DNA from: Rhodospirillales bacterium
GTDB lineage: Bacteria; Pseudomonadota; Alphaproteobacteria; Bin95
Reading direction: 5' to 3'
Length of the DNA stretch: 64,000 bases
Assembly (NCBI GenBank): GCA_038143065.1
Contig: JAYQLI010000035.1
Coordinates: 2,792,225-2,856,224, forward strand
Shown piece by piece: positions 63,512 to 64,000 of this stretch (position 1 is its first letter; every line of letters begins with the position of its first letter). Under the pieces are notes generated by a model, which was not told the DNA's origin, did not search any database, and saw nothing but the letters and a program-made list of their open reading frames with translations. The translations under genes were made by a program, and so were the position numbers.

Positions 63512-63645
63512 TGGAGCGGGTAGGGGGAAGTAGCTCATCAAAGATGAGCCGAACCCGTCCATGTCTGTAACGCAATCAACGACTTAGCCTAACACAGGTT
63601 TGATAAATCTACACGTAAATTGTCTACCGTTTTGTCTACCCCACA
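63512..63645 (-). mobile_element. Probable att junction of an integrative element: tRNA-Gly 3' remnant, IHF-like site and direct repeats
   Basis: Minus strand GGGTTCG[insert]TTCCCCCTACCCGCTCCA; AATCAACGACTTA at 63574-63586; TTGTCTACC twice (63620, 63632). Confidence 0.6.
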
Positions 63646-64000
63646 ATAACCCCGTTATGTCGTGACAAATGTCCTTTGCACTGAAGTGCGTAACCTTGAG
63701 GTTGTAACTTTGTATGAACGCCATGTGTGGAACACTCGGAGCTAGACACTGTCCTAACTTCTTAAGCTTCTATCCATTAGTCTGTAGTTCGTGTGGTGTG
63801 CCCTAATGGCTATGACGTAAGGGATTGTCTGTATGGGTACGTATGGGTCGGGTATGCATGGGGAATGGCCTCTATGCTGGTACGTATTATTGGGCTGGTT
63901 CACAAACGAAGCTACAGGGTTGGTGAATGCTAACTTAGGCATTAATGTTACGGTGAGCGGATAAGGTAACGTTTAAAGGAAATAGTTTTATGTTGCTTAA

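Noticed and set aside
63754-63942. 62-aa ORF at the window end
   Set aside because: No recognisable motif or supporting context; treated as spurious.

Overview
This is a core chromosomal window of an alphaproteobacterium, judged from gene content and order (ffh-rpsP-rimM-trmD; rpsB-tsf-pyrH-frr-cdsA-dxr-rseP-bamA-fabZ; class II nrdJ opposite NDUFA12-mlaD-DUF2155). It is interleaved with catabolic genes: four LLM-class oxidoreductases, a ThDP enzyme, OYE, an M20 amidohydrolase, CaiB and an acyl-CoA dehydrogenase. There is one tRNA-Gln(UUG). Many genes are split by small indels, including essential ones (ffh, tsf, cdsA, dxr, bamA), so most breaks are probably sequencing or consensus errors. I found no CRISPR array, transposase, integrase or recognisable defence system, and I cannot claim a clear new biological system. 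The best leads are: (1) uppS, skp, lpxD and lpxA/I/B are missing from their usual places around bamA-fabZ; (2) an enolase paralog has altered active-site motifs; (3) a probable att junction sits at the right edge, made of a tRNA-Gly 3' remnant, an IHF-like site and direct repeats; (4) a CHASE2 cyclase abuts folP-folK; (5) short, partly palindromic insertions occur at 58-59.6 kb, including an exact 20-bp duplication; (6) a strong hairpin lies between speD and speE; (7) a beta-barrel OMP gene was missed by the ORF track. All calls come from motif recognition by eye; no database searches were run.
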